Part shown: positions 24,111 to 37,479 of the stretch, piece after piece
How the letters are laid out: every line of letters starts with the position of its first letter
How positions within the stretch are numbered: position 1 is the first letter of the stretch
Source: Macrostomum lignano
Lineage: Eukaryota
Direction: 5' to 3'
Assembly (NCBI GenBank): GCA_002269645.1
Contig: NIVC01001159.1
Coordinates: 361,414-425,413 of the forward strand
DNA length: 64,000 nt
Notes under the pieces: model-generated
Told to the model about the DNA's origin: nothing
Database searches by the model: none
What the model saw: the letters and a program-made list of their open reading frames with translations, nothing else
Program-made: the position numbers and the translations under genes

Positions 24111-25667
24111 ATACATGTACATGTAGCTGGGGTATATAAATTGCAGCGGGCCTGTGTGTTGCGATCCTAGTCCATATGGACTGAATAACAGTTGTACATG
24201 TACGCAGCCAATTCAGATGCGCCGCGCAAGCTGCGGCTGAGCTGTCAGTTTGTACAACTGGCCCCACAGGTGGAATCATGCAGTTACATGTATTATTGTG
24301 GCATACAATAGCAGGAGTCGACGAAACGCCGAGTGCGAGAGCCTGTCCCCGCCAAAGTCCATCATGCACTTCATTCAGTATACATTGTACGATTATATTT
24401 ATGGACACGTTTCTCCTCTCTCTTCTTGCCAGCCTAGTTGTAGTCGCAGAGAGTTGTTGCAACGGCTGTAATATGCATGAAACATTGCTTTAACAATACC
24501 GGTCCAGTTTTGCATGCGTGCAGGTTTAACGAACCTAAAAATCTAGAAAGTACCCATTTCGCACACAACTCACAGTTATACCCATAAGTTTTTGTGCGCT
24601 CGGAGTCCGGTGTTTATTTACAGTTTTGCATCCGAATCAATGGAACGATATAATTGCACAATTTTAAACTGCAGAGTTTCTTAGAAACTATGAATTTATA
24701 AAATTGCGCAATTAAGTGTCACACTTGAATTTTGTGCATATTAATATTGTGAGCCTTTTCATATTACCAATTCCAGAACCAGAATCGGTTCGGAATTCCA
24801 AGAAAAGCAGCAGTATAACTATTAAACTCTGTTAATATTTGATTGCCTTAACAACCTAACTTAGCACAATTTTTCACTTTCTTCTTGGCGATTGTCATTC
24901 AATAATAAAAACTTTATAGCACGTATCTCCCTCTAGTTATGGAGACAAAAAGTTATACTTCACAGATTGGTTCTGGTTCTGGAACCAGAACAAGCAATAT
25001 GAAAAGGCCCTGTAGTGCTTGTCTAGTTCTTAGTTTTTACCCTTTTAGTTATTCGTTACAGAGGTTTGAGAAAGCTCAAGTGATCTCATTATATATTTAT
25101 ATTGTAAGAGAAGACATGTCTTATTTAACAAACATTAACTTATGTATTTTAAGCTTTTAGTGGAACTTTCCTAGGGCCTAGGGGCCTAATTACTTTTTAA
25201 ACAATTAATTTAGCCTTGCTCATTTTAGATGAAATTAAGGCTTCTCAGTAGGCCTATTTTCTTATCAATTTTAAACTAATCAGTAGGATTGGATATGAAC
25301 AAACTAATAAATTATAATTCTACCAATTATATAAAATGTTTATTTAATTGATTATGCCTAACAATATTCATTCTTCATCCCTTATCAATTTAGGCCTAGG
25401 CCCTAAGTAAAAGCTTATCTTTCTTTTAGTCACCTAGAGCCATTCTAAAGAATAAGATAAAATGTTAGTCAAGTTAATCTATAGAGCTATGCCTATAGCC
25501 TAAATTTTGATTTAACAATTTTAATTTATATATAGTTCTTGAAGTTTGTTTTGTCATAAAGCAAGTAAGGTAGAAAATTTTGGTTTCATAGATGAAAATT
25601 GCAAAGGTAAATTAAAAATTTAAGATAGAAATTGCAAATATTGCTAAAGTCTAGGGGCCTACTTGGG

Positions 25668-26376
25668 GGCTTCCAGACAACCTGGCGACAAGACGATCCA
25701 GCGACAGACAATCCGGCGACAGTCAATCTGGTGACAGACGATCCGGCGACAGATATTAAATCAACATATATTAGCATATATACAGATTAGTTGAGCTACT
25801 ATTTTTAGCTCTTTGTACTTGTACTTAAATACTTTAATAACAATTACTTAAACTACAATTGTTGCAATTACTGCTGTACTTATAGCTGTTGATTTTCAAA
25901 ATGTCATTTTCAAAGAAAGCTACCCCTATAAAAATAGGCTTAGCTTGTTTTTTACCACCAAGTTTTATATTTACATGTACATGTGAAAAAGCAAATAGTG
26001 TAGAATATAATATTGGATCATAGTCATACAAATTTGATTTCCAAGCAGATTTAACTGATAAAATTGTATTTAGAAAGAAACTAATCTAGAATTTAGCTAA
26101 AACAATCCAGAAAAATTAGCCAGCGAAACACAACCTTTCTTTGAAAATAACATTTTGAAAATCAACAGCTATGTACAGCTGTAAAAATAAAACTGCAAAA
26201 ATTATAGTTCAGGTAATTTTTATTTAATTATTTAAGTATTACTAAGTAATAATAAAGAGCTAAAAATAATAGCTTAACTATATGCTGATATATCTTGATT
26301 TAATATCTGTTGCCAGATCGTCTGTTGCCAGATTGTCTGTCACCGGATCGTCTTGTCGCCGGATTGACTAGATACC
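25668..26376. mobile_element. Foldback/MULE-like MITE with ~250-bp TIRs and 9-bp TSD
   Basis: Arms at about 25668-25920 and 26130-26376 are reverse complements (subterminal GACGATCCGGCGACA-type repeats; AGCTGTTGATTTTCAAAATG/CATTTTGAAAATCAACAGCT). TSD CTACTTGGG (25659-25667) / CTACTTGAG (26377-26385). Termini GG...CC. Confidence 0.8.
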
Positions 26377-26584
26377 CTACTTGAGCTATTTTTTGAGACT
26401 TTAAATAGAGTAGTATTGACTACAAATCCTTTTCTAATTTTTAAAGCTTTGCTTGGCAATTTTTTGGTTTCCCACTCTAAATTATTTTAACCCCCTTTTC
26501 AGAGTCCCAAAGTGACTAAAATGAAATCCTGAAGTTTTTTCAAATCTTTAAAGTTTGTACTACATAGGGTAGTAATGACATAGC

Positions 26585-26881
26585 CCTATTGCAGCGCATG
26601 GCTTAAGTACGCCAGACGCCTACACAACATGCGCCACGCTGTGAAATGACTTACCTGTGAAAGAAACCCTAAAGCAAAATTAACGCAGTTTTGGGTAAAC
26701 GGCAGGAGTAACTATGACTGTCTTATCAAGCCTAAATGCCTCGGCATCTGATTAGTACTACGCCCGTATTCTATGGGGTGGCATTTTTGCGACTTACCCC
26801 TGGTCCACCACCAATGCTGCGCCGCGCAGGCTGATCCGCGCTGGATGCCATCCGCCAAAATGCCCATGCGCTGCAATCAGG
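26585..26881. mobile_element. 297-bp MITE with 17/18-bp TIRs and a perfect 9-bp TSD
   Basis: Left TIR CCT-ATTGCAGCGCATGG (26585-26601); right TIR reverse complement CCTGATTGCAGCGCATGG (26864-26881). TSD TGACATAGC at 26576-26584 and 26882-26890. Confidence 0.85.
26693..26756 (+). pseudogene. Isolated 28S rRNA fragment (helix 69-71 region, R2/Pokey target site)
   Basis: GGGTAAACGGCAGGAGTAACTATGACTGTCTTATCAAGCCTAAATGCCTCGGCATCTGATTAGT vs conserved eukaryotic GGGTAAACGGCGGGAGTAACTATGACTCTCTTAAGGTAGCCAAATGCCTCGTCATCTAATTAGT: 53/64 ungapped identity. No other rDNA nearby. Confidence 0.85.
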
Positions 26882-28096
26882 TGACATAGCAATGTCACAT
26901 GTCTCACAAGTCATCCTATTAGCAAGCACATGGTGCATTACCAGGGTCTGGATTGTGTAGTAGTGTATGCCAGAACAAGAATCCTATCTCAGTTAAATGT
27001 ATGCCAAAAATACTAGTATATGCCAAAAATTCCTCCTAAAAAAGTCATCTGGTTTTCACAAGTAGAGTTTTCTAAGAAAGGCTTTTGTTCAAAAAGTCTT
27101 TTTAAATATTACAAATATTTTCATTTTAAACAAACTTAAATTAAGCCTACAGAAAAAATAATGCAAAATTAACATTCTTAGCAATCATTTATACCAGTTT
27201 TTTTATTGTTAATTTTAAGAAAGCTAAAAGTTTATCATTGACTTTCTAGACTATACAAATTTTCCTTTATTTTATGTAAAAGGTTAATTTACATTACAAT
27301 TTTCATGCATGGCATGAATTTATTCACCAAAATTGGTAAGCCAAAAAATTGGCATAAATTTGTATGCCAAAATTTGTACGCCAACTTTGAAAGGGGTCAA
27401 GGTTAGCTAGGCCTAGCCATACTCAGACTTAGACTTTAGAGTCAAAAAGGGTTAAACTAATTTAGAGCAAAAAACCAAAAGATTGCTCTCGCTCTTTCCT
27501 TTGTTCTGCTTTTAAATTAGCTTTGGCTAGCCTACTTTTAAAAATAAGTTTTAAGAACCAAAAAAGAATGAAAAACAATGCTAACATAGTGGCATTGGCA
27601 TATTATTGATATAGAGTAGCCTATACTGGCAATAGTTTTTTTGCCAATTATTTGTTGTTTTACTTTTCTTAGAATTTAGTGCTTTAAATTTCCTTGGCTT
27701 GATTTTTAATTTCATATTTTTAGCTTTATAAAAACTTATAGCTACTTAGTTGTAAAATATAAAGATGGAAACCTATTCTTGCCTAAAGCCATAGTTCATC
27801 GTTCAAAAGACTATATGTACCCCAAAAAAGACCTATTTTTTGTATATGCCAATATATGCTAAATACATTACCTCTGCAAAGCTTAATCTTGTCAATATTA
27901 AATGGTACTAGACTAGTGACTTTGATATTTAATTTCAATCACATAAAGTTAAAAACTAAAAATAACAATTATATTTGCATAATGTTTTTTATATATACAG
28001 AACAAAAGCTAAAACACATTAAAGATAAAATCATAAATTATAGTGCATGATTATAATGCATCTTTTTCAAGCCACTTCAATCAAGGCACTTGTGCC

Positions 28097-31000
28097 ATGG
28101 ATGATAATGCATTAGCATCAGTGCCCAAGAAGAATGCATCAACCATAGAAAAGCGTATGAAGCTTACAAATGGATCAATTGCTGGCACAAATGCAGATTC
28201 TGCAATTGCTACTGCTGAGGAAGCAGAAAATGATGTTAGTAATGGTTGTGTTTATTTTTTCTCACAGCCTCAATGGCATAGAGAGTGGCAGTTAGGTTTG
28301 AAGGAAGTGGCAGTCAGTGGGTCAGAAGTGGCAGTCAGTGGGTCAGGAGTGGCAGTCAGTGGGTCAAGAGTGGCAGTCAGTGGGTCAGGTGTGACAGTCA
28401 GTGAGTCAGGAGTAACAGTCCGTGGGTCAGGAGTGACAGTCAGTGGGTCAGGAGTAACAGTCCGTGGGTCAGGTGTGACAGTCAGTGGGTCAGGAGTGAC
28501 AGTTAGTGGGTCAGGAGTAACAGTCAGTGGGTCAGGAGTGGCAGTCAGTGGGTCAGGTGTGACAGTCAGTGGGTCAGGAGTAACAGTCAGTGGGTCAGGA
28601 GTGGCCGTCAGTGGGTCAGGAGTGGCAGTCAGTGGGTCAGGAGTGGCAGTCAGTGAGTCAGAAGTGACAGTCAATGGATCAGGTGTGATAGTCAGTGGAT
28701 CTGGAGTGCCAGTCAGTGGGTCAGGTGTGACAGTCAGTGGATCAGGAGTGGCCGTCAGTGGGTCAGGAGTGGCCGTCAGTGGGTCAGGAGTGGCCGTCAG
28801 TGGGTCAGGAGTGGCCTTCAGTGGATCCCACCCAATCCCAGCCCATCCCCACTCATTTGCTCGCACAGCCGCACACCTGCCCGCTGTGCCTCCGGCCGCT
28901 CGGTCAGCGCGAGGAGTGCTGCCATGCCGACACCTGCCCGCCCAGGCGGCGGCACAATTTCCACCTGGCCTGCCTGCTCAGCCACGTGGAGCGGCGCCGT
29001 GCCGCTGGCGACAGCGAATTCCGCTGCCCGGCGCCCGCCTGCAAGTCGGAGCCGCCGGCCGCTGCCGTCAACATTCGCTGCCGGCCAGGCGGCAAAGTCA
29101 TCGACCAGGTGCCGCTGGCGGGCTCCGGCTGCTGCTTTGCCTGCCCCATCTGTCACGAGGTTGGTTCGCGCTTTCTTTTGTGGGTGCTTTCACAAACCCG
29201 AAACTTCATATTTCTCAAGACTCGAATTCACAACCTCCAGACTTCACAGTTCACATTACCCACAACTACAATACTTAAAGTGCATGCGTAAAAACTGAGA
29301 GTTGTGAAAATGCCTGCATTGAAATTGGGTGTTGTGAATTTTCGGGTTCGTGAAGCTTTGTTCTTGTGAAGTCTCGGGTTTGTGAAGCTTTGTTCTTGTG
29401 AAGTCTTGGGTTTGTGAAGCTTTTTTCTTGTGAAGTTTCGAGTTTGTGAAGCTCCGTTCTTGTGAATTTTCGGGTTTGTGAAGCTTCGTTCTTGTGAAGT
29501 CTCGGGTTTGTGAAGCTTTGTTCTTGTGAATTTTCGGGTTTTGTGAAGTTTCGGGTTTGTGAAATTTCGGGCTTGTGAAGTTTCGGGGCTTGTAAAGTTT
29601 CGGGTTTGTGAAAGAGCTTTAAAACAACAATCTGTAGGAAGTAGAATTACTGATTGTGAAATTTAAAACACTGCAGTCAAGTAATACTTTAAAGCGCATA
29701 TGACTTTGCCTACTTGCAGTAGCAACATTTGAAAATGTTTCCAATTAAATTCTATCCACCTATTCAAGGTGATTGCGGGCGAAGTTGCTCGACCCAGCGA
29801 CTGTCGGCACGCCTTCTGCTTAGATTGCCTGCAGCGCTGGTGCCTGGCCTCCAACACCTGCCCGTTGGATCGGCGCCCATTCAGCCACCTGCTGGTGGCG
29901 CCACGCTTTGGCGTCGGCGCGCGAGCCCGTAAAGTGCCCGCCCCGGCGCCGCTGCCCGCTCCGCCGCCTGGCGCCGACGGCGAGGCCGACGATTTTCCGA
30001 TCTTAGACGACGTCTGCGCTGTCTGCTTCCAGGGTGCGTGGGGAATCGCCCCTGTGTGAAGAAGAATCGTGCCTCCATAAAAAAATCGACTATCTGCGTA
30101 GAAAAATCGCCCTTCTGTGAAGAAAATTGCCCCTAAATTTAGAAAATTGCCCATTAATTTAGAAAAATCGCCCCTAAATTTAGAAAAACCGCCCCTCTGT
30201 GAAGAAAAATTACCCCTAAATTTAGAAAAATCGCCCCTCTATTTACAAAAAATCGCCCCTTTACGTCTACGAATAATAATAACCCAGAGTAATTCTCTAA
30301 TCAAAGATGAAATCGACTTGAGTACTTTTGCTGCCTCCATGTGTCTTGATTAATTGATCAGTTGAATCAATCGAAACGTGCAAAATTCTCTTAGGCGACC
30401 GCGAGGACCAGCTGTTGCTGTGCGACGGCTGCGACACGGCCTACCACACCGACTGCCTGACTCCGCCGCTGTCGCGCGTCCCCGCTGGCCGCTGGTTCTG
30501 CCCGGACTGCCGGCGCGATCGTCGGGCCAACGGCGGCCGGCTTCGATGGCGACCCCTGGGCGATCAGCCGGCGGCGCTTCGGCGAACCCGGAGCTCGCTG
30601 GCTGCGGAGGCCTCGGCTGCTGCCGACGCCGGACCAGCCGACGATACAGCCGTCTCGCTGCCGTCCTACACGTCTGACGAAGCTGACGAAGACAGCTCAG
30701 TGCCGTCGTCTTCTTCGGCGGCTGGTTCAACAGCAGACTCCTCATATGAGGATGATGAAGATGATGATGAGGAAGAGGAGGAGGCTGACGGAGATGACAG
30801 CGAGTCTGGCGAAAATTCCGACTCCGCCAGCAGCATCGACATCAGCTTCCTTCGCAAGCCGCTGCCCAGCCCGGCTGCTTCTGGCGACAAAGTCGAAGAT
30901 GACGACGCCGATAGCATCGACATCAGCTTCCTGTACGAGCCGCTGCCGGCGGCGTCGGTTGCGTCGACGTCCAGGGCGACTGGCGGCGCTGCCGGCAAAC

Positions 31001-34000
31001 GACAACGACGTCGACGAAGCGCTGGTAAACGGAAGAAGGGGAAGAAAAGCAAAGCGAAGTCGAAGAAGGCTCCGGTTAGTATGCCGTATTGAGATCTAAA
31101 GCACTACTCCAGACCTCTGTTAGCTGTCAAATCTTGAGCAAAGACTTACGGGCTAAGTTCACATTGGAGGGCTGAATAATGCCAAGCACAACTACTTGCA
31201 CAAAGCCCGGTATGAAATCAGATGCTTTGATTAAAATAGATGCACATTCATTAGAGGTCAGGAAACAGCAATGGCTTCAATAAAATTGATTGCTATTGCA
31301 AACTGGTGGGTTGCCACACGAAGGCCGGTGGATGCTAAGATGCACATCTAGCGCGCCCTTCCTATCTAGCCTCATATTTTGGACCCGTAGCCTCGAGAAT
31401 ACTCTCAATCATCAAAATACCCATCAAGCATCCGCTTTGTAAATCATTATTGTTATTTTGATGTCATGAACGAAGCAGTACTCGAGGATTGACATTTGAT
31501 ATTAACATTTCTACTAGCTAGTTGTTCATTAATCTCGAAAAAAACTTAGGCAAAGCGTCGGAAAACCAAGACGACTAAAAAGCGTCAATCAACGGCAAAG
31601 ACCGGTCGGAAGAGTAAAAACAGCAAGCGCCGCTTGACTGCTCGGGACAAGCGGCTACTCAGGCACATGGACCGGGTGCAGGCTGCCGATCCTCAGGCCT
31701 GGCAGGCCCGATTTGAGAAGCGAATGACGTTCTACAGGGATACGTCTGCAATGCGGCTCTGCCTCACCGGCGAGGACTATCCTATCAGTCTGGTTAGCAC
31801 GGTGGACTCGGCTTTAGCCAATGGGCGAGCCGCTAGGTGAGCTATCCTAAGCAAGCTATTGATAATGTTATTGCTATACTTAAATTAGTTTGTTGGCAAA
31901 GGGAAGCAATATATATTTAAATGAAAATTTTAGGCCAGTTAACTATTACTTATTCATAATATATGCTTATAAAACCGTTTTCTACTGTTCTTACGTACTT
32001 TAACGTACGATTCAACCCGTTGAAAACGTTACCGTGACCAGAATCGCTAAAGCGTCATTGCGAAACAACTCTTTAGTGACTCTAGCCGACTCTGGGCCTA
32101 GGTACCGTTTTCATAGGGCAAAGAGAACTCTTGAGGAAAAAAGACGAAACACGTGTCACAATAATTGGTTTACCGAAAATAATATTTCAGTAAAAAAACT
32201 TTTATTTAACATTTGAGGTAGTGAGGTAGTAAGATTAATGAATTTTAATTCTTAAACTTACTTAATTAAAAACTCAGTTAATTTAGCCTCAATTAATTAG
32301 TGAGTTTTTAATGTTTTTTTTCTATACAAAAGCCTTTCTGCTTCTAACGTCAGTGAAACACGTCACTAATTTTTACACATGCATATGAAACTACTAAAGT
32401 AAATATTGACCAAAATTAGAAATACCAAGCTGTCACTGTGACTGTCTAAACTGAAGTGTAAGGAGGGTAAAATGTAAATATAAATTCTTTATCACGAAAA
32501 GAAGCTTAAATAAAGCTTTTCACAAAGTTTCGAGGCGATAGAGCTAGCAGATTTTAACTGTGATAAGTATTTGTCAAATCTTGAAGAATAAATGTTTTAT
32601 CTCGATATGCATTTCCCCGGGGAACATGAGCTTTTAAAAATTTACCAACATACTTCTCTCAGTTATGTGAACAGACGTGAAAATAGGTTTTATAAAGAAA
32701 AGTTTGTTTTCCCTACTTTTATTATTGTTTTAATGTTATTATGTTTCAAAGCACGCATAAGCTGATTACTATCTTCCAGAAAGAATTAACGAATAATTTG
32801 AAATTTTCCGTAAATTTTCCGGGTTTGTTATTATTATTTTTAGGATATTTAAAAACCTTTTTTGCTAGTGCGCTCTTACCGCATTAGCGCTATTGCGAGC
32901 TTGCAGTCTGATTTAACTTTTCAGTTAATGCTGACGCATGATATATACAGGCCTATCAAAATGATTATGTTGATCTGGAAAATCTGATTAAATTTTTTTT
33001 CACGAACTAAGTGTTGGTAAATTTAAAATGTTTCATTTTAAGAACCACGCTTCCCGATGTATATCATGCTGATAAGTCATCAGTATGCGACTAGACTAGG
33101 GCCTAGTCAGAGTACAAGAAACAAGGTGTGCAATGCATCTGGGAGCATTAGTCTTAGGTCTATCTAAATAAATCTGAACTACTATAGATAAATGATGAAA
33201 TTTTTAGTTTTTGGCAAATTTAGATTCAGAAACAGTGTGTATGTGTAGAACCTTTACCTTTAACTTTAAGGCCTATTTTGACCTTGTTCGTGGTCTGACT
33301 AGGCCCTTGGCTCTTATGAATAATGTCAATGATAAAAAGATTCACTTGAGCATGTTTTAGTAGACCTTATGTGGGTTATCAAAGCTGAAGTCTAAATTAT
33401 ATAATTATAAAATTGAGCTTTGAATATTTGATAAAAGAGTAGGCCCAAATTTTTAGGGGGCCTAATATTAAATATTTGTCATATACCTAAGATATAAAAA
33501 TCATGATGAATATTTATAAATAAAGTATTGACAATGTATTAACTATTAAATAAACTCTAAATGTTAGGCCTAGTTCAAATATTTTATTATTTAATTGCTA
33601 AATTAGGCATAGTTTGCAATAATAAACCATTAATAATAATATTGTTAAATAAGGGCCTTGGCCTATTAATATTTGATTTGACTTGACATTAATTAATAGT
33701 TTATTGTTAGCCTAGGTAGTATTATTAGCACTAACTAGTATATTATTTTAATTTTAACATGTTGCTTTGCCTTTGTGCATACATAGAATAAGGTAATCAT
33801 ATCTATACCATATATTAAAAATTGTTTGTTTGACCATCCATATGCAATTCATTTTAGCAAAAATGGCTTAACTAATTTTCTTTAAACTTGCTCCAATCAA
33901 TTAGAAATTTTCTTGCAATAGGGCCTAGTACATATCTTAGCAAAGAAATTTCTTAATTCTAAAGGGAATAATTTTTTCATTATATTTATAGTTATTTCTA

Positions 34001-36852
34001 GTCATTGATCAGTTAAATAAAGCATTTCTGAACTTTTAAAATAATAGGCCTAATTTAAGCCAAAAAATTGAATATATGCCATATAAGAAGCCTAAATGTT
34101 GATTTTTTCAAATTATATATTTGAATTTAACTCATATCTAAAAGCAAAATTGAAAATATTTAGATAAATCTTGAAAAATCTTTTGTTTTGTTCTAAAAAG
34201 AAACTGTATACTTATGGCAACATCATAAATATTACTTCTTATTTGCATAATAAAATAATTCTAAGATAATCTTTTCATAGTCTTACCCCATCTCAAATTA
34301 GTATAATGTGTAAAAATGCATTACAAGTACAAGACCTTAAACCAAATTAACAAAAAATGTTTGGCTTTGGCTCATAGATAGCAAATAGTTCCAAGATTAA
34401 TAAAGCTATTTAAAACTACACAAGCAAACTTGGATTTTTCTAAGAATTAATTACTATTTCTGACAGTCCTGATTTTTCTTCACAGGCATATCTAATAGCT
34501 ACTATTGGTAAATATTTTATCATAATTGCTATACTATCTCTGAATATAATTGTCATTTTGACAACACAACTTTTCTTACCAAGGGCTTTTTAATACCTTG
34601 AATTCTAAACAAAACCTACCTGTTCTCCTTTATTACTTTTTCTTCTTTTTAGCAAAGCCTGCACCCCAGAGCCGGAACAGCCCACTGAACAGTTCGACAT
34701 TGGTCAAATCTTGCACGATCAGGACCTGCACTTGGCGCCGGCGCATTGCAAAACTATTAAAAATAACAAAGAGGTCTGGACTGAGCAAGGCCGCCTGTGG
34801 TACCTGCGACAGCAACGCGGCCAACTCATGGCTGCCGCTAACAATCACCGCTCCGCTTCTGTGAAGTCCCCCCCGTCAGCCGCTGCGCCGCCGGTGACGC
34901 CTCCATCCCCCGCCACTCCGCCTCCCTCCTCTGCTTCTACTAAAAAAAATGTCAACAACAATGCTGACAAATTTGCTGAGGACGATGAGATGGATATTGA
35001 AGAGCTGCCGCAGGTGACCAGCTTTCGCACCTGGACTCCTAGCGCTCCGTCTGCTCAGCAAGTGCTGCATCCTCATCATCAGCCGCCTCCGCCACCGCCA
35101 CCGCCGCATCGTCCTCCGTTTAACTTGGACTATTCTCGACCTCCGCCTCCTCTCCCGCTGCTCCGGCCGCCGCCGCCGCCCCCTCCGCCGCCACCGCCGC
35201 CGCCACCGCCGCCGCCGCCTCCACCAGCCGAGCAGCAGCAGCAGCTCAGCGTCAGCGACCGCCTAGCCAATGGCTGCTTCCTCCCGACTGGCGCTCGCAT
35301 TGCAGTTATCGGCACTAATAACACCAATAATAATAGTAATAGTAACATTAATAATGGCTCTTTTTCGGCAGCAGCAGCAAAAACGATATCGGAGCAGCAG
35401 CTGCCGTCTTCGTCGCATCGCTCACCGTCAGAACCGTCGCCAACGGAGCCGGGTCTGTCTGGAACTCGTCGAGCAGAATTCGCCAGCAAAGCGGATTGGC
35501 ATGAGAGAATAGCGGCTGAGGTCAAGCTGACGCTAAGGCCGTATTATATCTCTAGGCGCATAGACAAGGCCGATTATAAACAGTTGTTGAAGAAGGCCGT
35601 TACTAAGGTTAGTTATTAATTGTGTTGTTCTTCCATAGCGATATCGTGCGCTAGAGTGGTTGGACAGAGCGAGCAGTTTCCAGGCCGGGATTTGGTCTTA
35701 GAGACAAGACTCACGTGACCGTATCGCGATCCTTATGCCAATCCTTTCTGTATTCACGCGGCCGCGTTCCTTGTGATCCTGTGGAATTGATTAATGCTCA
35801 ATATCGTCAAGAAAGTCTAGAAAGCCTACCCTCCAATTGCCATAGACAAATTGCGTTTCTCCAAAAACTCCGAATGAAACAAGGTAACCAGAGCTCGACG
35901 AATGACCGGAGCTCAACTTTTGCCCCCCTCCATTTACGTGGCATCCACCAGCCTAAAAGATTGGCTTAGTTGCGCTCACCAATAGACAGGGGTGCCCAAC
36001 AAACAAGACAGTTGCGCTCACCAATAAACAGGGGTGCCCAACAAACAAGACAGTTGCGCTCACCAATAAACAGGGGTGCCCAACAAACAAGACAGTTGCG
36101 CTCACCAATAAACAGGGGTGCCCAACAAACAAGACAGTTGCGCTCACCAATAGACAGGGGTGCCCAACAAACAAGACAGTTGCGCTCACCAATAGACAGG
36201 GGTGCCCAACAAACAAGACAGTTGCGCTCACCAATAGACAGGGGCGCCCACCAAGAGTCGGGGCTGCCCGCCAAGTAACGGGTTGTCCACTAAGAGACGG
36301 GTTGTCCACCAAGAGACAGGTTGTCCACCAAGAAACAGGGCTGCCCGCCAAGAGACAGGGGTTGCCCACCAAGAGACGGGTTGTCCACCAAGAGACGGGT
36401 TGTCCACCAAGAGACAGGGGTTGTCCACCAAGAGACGGTGGTTGTCCACCAAGAGACGGGTTTTCCACCAAGAGACAGGGGCGCCACTTCGCCCTTCGAG
36501 TGAACAGTGGCGCCTACAGCCTATCTTGAAGATAAGTGGTGCCAATATAGGGTGCTCCTTAGGATTGCGGTGTCCCTCCAGTTAGAATTCCTGTATACAA
36601 CACCCCTTGAGTCATTAGTGTTTATATAAAAAAATGAATGCCGCAGCTTGTAGCAGTGCAGAGACAATGAAGAATCCTAATCCTGTGTTTATCTAGGGCC
36701 AGAGGCTCGCTAATGCACTCCAACACTCCCTCGCCAAACTGCAGATCGCGCGCAGCCATTCGCAGGATGTGCAGCCTGATCGAACTCGCCAGTTTGTCAC
36801 CACCTACGTTGAAAAGCATTTGAAAGCTAAGCGTAGATCTTCTAAATCTTGA
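28097..36852 (+). CDS. PHRF1: PHRF1-like RING-RING-PHD protein with C-terminal SRI-like domain, ~907 aa
   Basis: Exons 28097-28234, 28869-29159, 29769-30033, 30395-31074, 31550-31836, 34653-35607, 36745-36852; all GT-AG and frame-consistent, total 2724 nt. RING CPIC..C.HAFCLDC..W..NTCPLDR..F; [36 protein letters not shown]; acidic/Ser and Lys-rich regions; poly-Pro; SRI-like [31 protein letters not shown]|[12 protein letters not shown]. Start codon uncertain (28043 is also in frame). Confidence 0.85.
28305..28825 (+). repeat. Intronic 21-bp minisatellite (GTCAGTGGGTCAGGAGTGGCA)n
   Basis: About 25 units in PHRF1-like intron 1. Confidence 0.95.
29325..29615 (+). repeat. Intronic degenerate ~30-bp repeat (TCGGGTTTGTGAAGCTTTGTTCTTGTGAAG)
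   Basis: GTGAAG-containing units repeated in intron 2. Confidence 0.85.
30040..30262 (+). repeat. Intronic degenerate 21-bp repeat (AAAAATCGCCCCTAAATTTAG)
   Basis: Direct observation in intron 3. Confidence 0.8.
35963..36480 (+). repeat. Compound intronic minisatellite: 42-bp unit x ~7, then ~20-bp CCACCAAGAGACGGGTTGT units
   Basis: CGCTCACCAATAGACAGGGGTGCCCAACAAACAAGACAGTTG tandem copies; the AGAGACAGGG core is related to the 41545 array. Confidence 0.93.
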
Positions 36853-37479
36853 CCTTGATTGTCCTGTACTTTTAACTGCCATGTCAATATGGTGGTGATG
36901 CATATTGATGTACAGAATTATTAAACCGTTAGCTCTGTGCATAGTATCGGTTTGTGTAAATGTTGAAATAATGTATAACTGTTAGTTTATTGGTAAAGCT
37001 GAGTAAATCATGTGGTTTATTTTATTGACAGGAATAAATTCCGGCTACCGACAGTACAGGCTACCATAAGTAGCATGGTTTGTACTAATCATCGCATTTT
37101 TAGTCCAAAATATTTTCCTATCTGCGAGGTCACCTGAGCACGGGCAGCGGCTTAATCGCATAATCTTCTAGTCCGTTCAATATTGTTGTTTGGTTAAACC
37201 GTTATTGCAGCGGCACCCTGCTTCATAATATTATTAGTGTTCGCGATTATAACTTTTTTGGCCTTAGGAGTAACAGAAATCCTGAAGTGAGATAATCGAG
37301 AACAATTTTTATTGGGTAATTCTAGTGTGCTTTTTTGCTGTTGCTCCACTGTTTGCGTGTCTTTTTGCCTCCCCGGCTTTATTCCATAGCCATTGTTTCT
37401 CTCGCGCTTTCTCACTTGACACAATTATAATGTAATGACTGGGATATTCATATATTTGGATGAATTTGGGATCCGGGCT

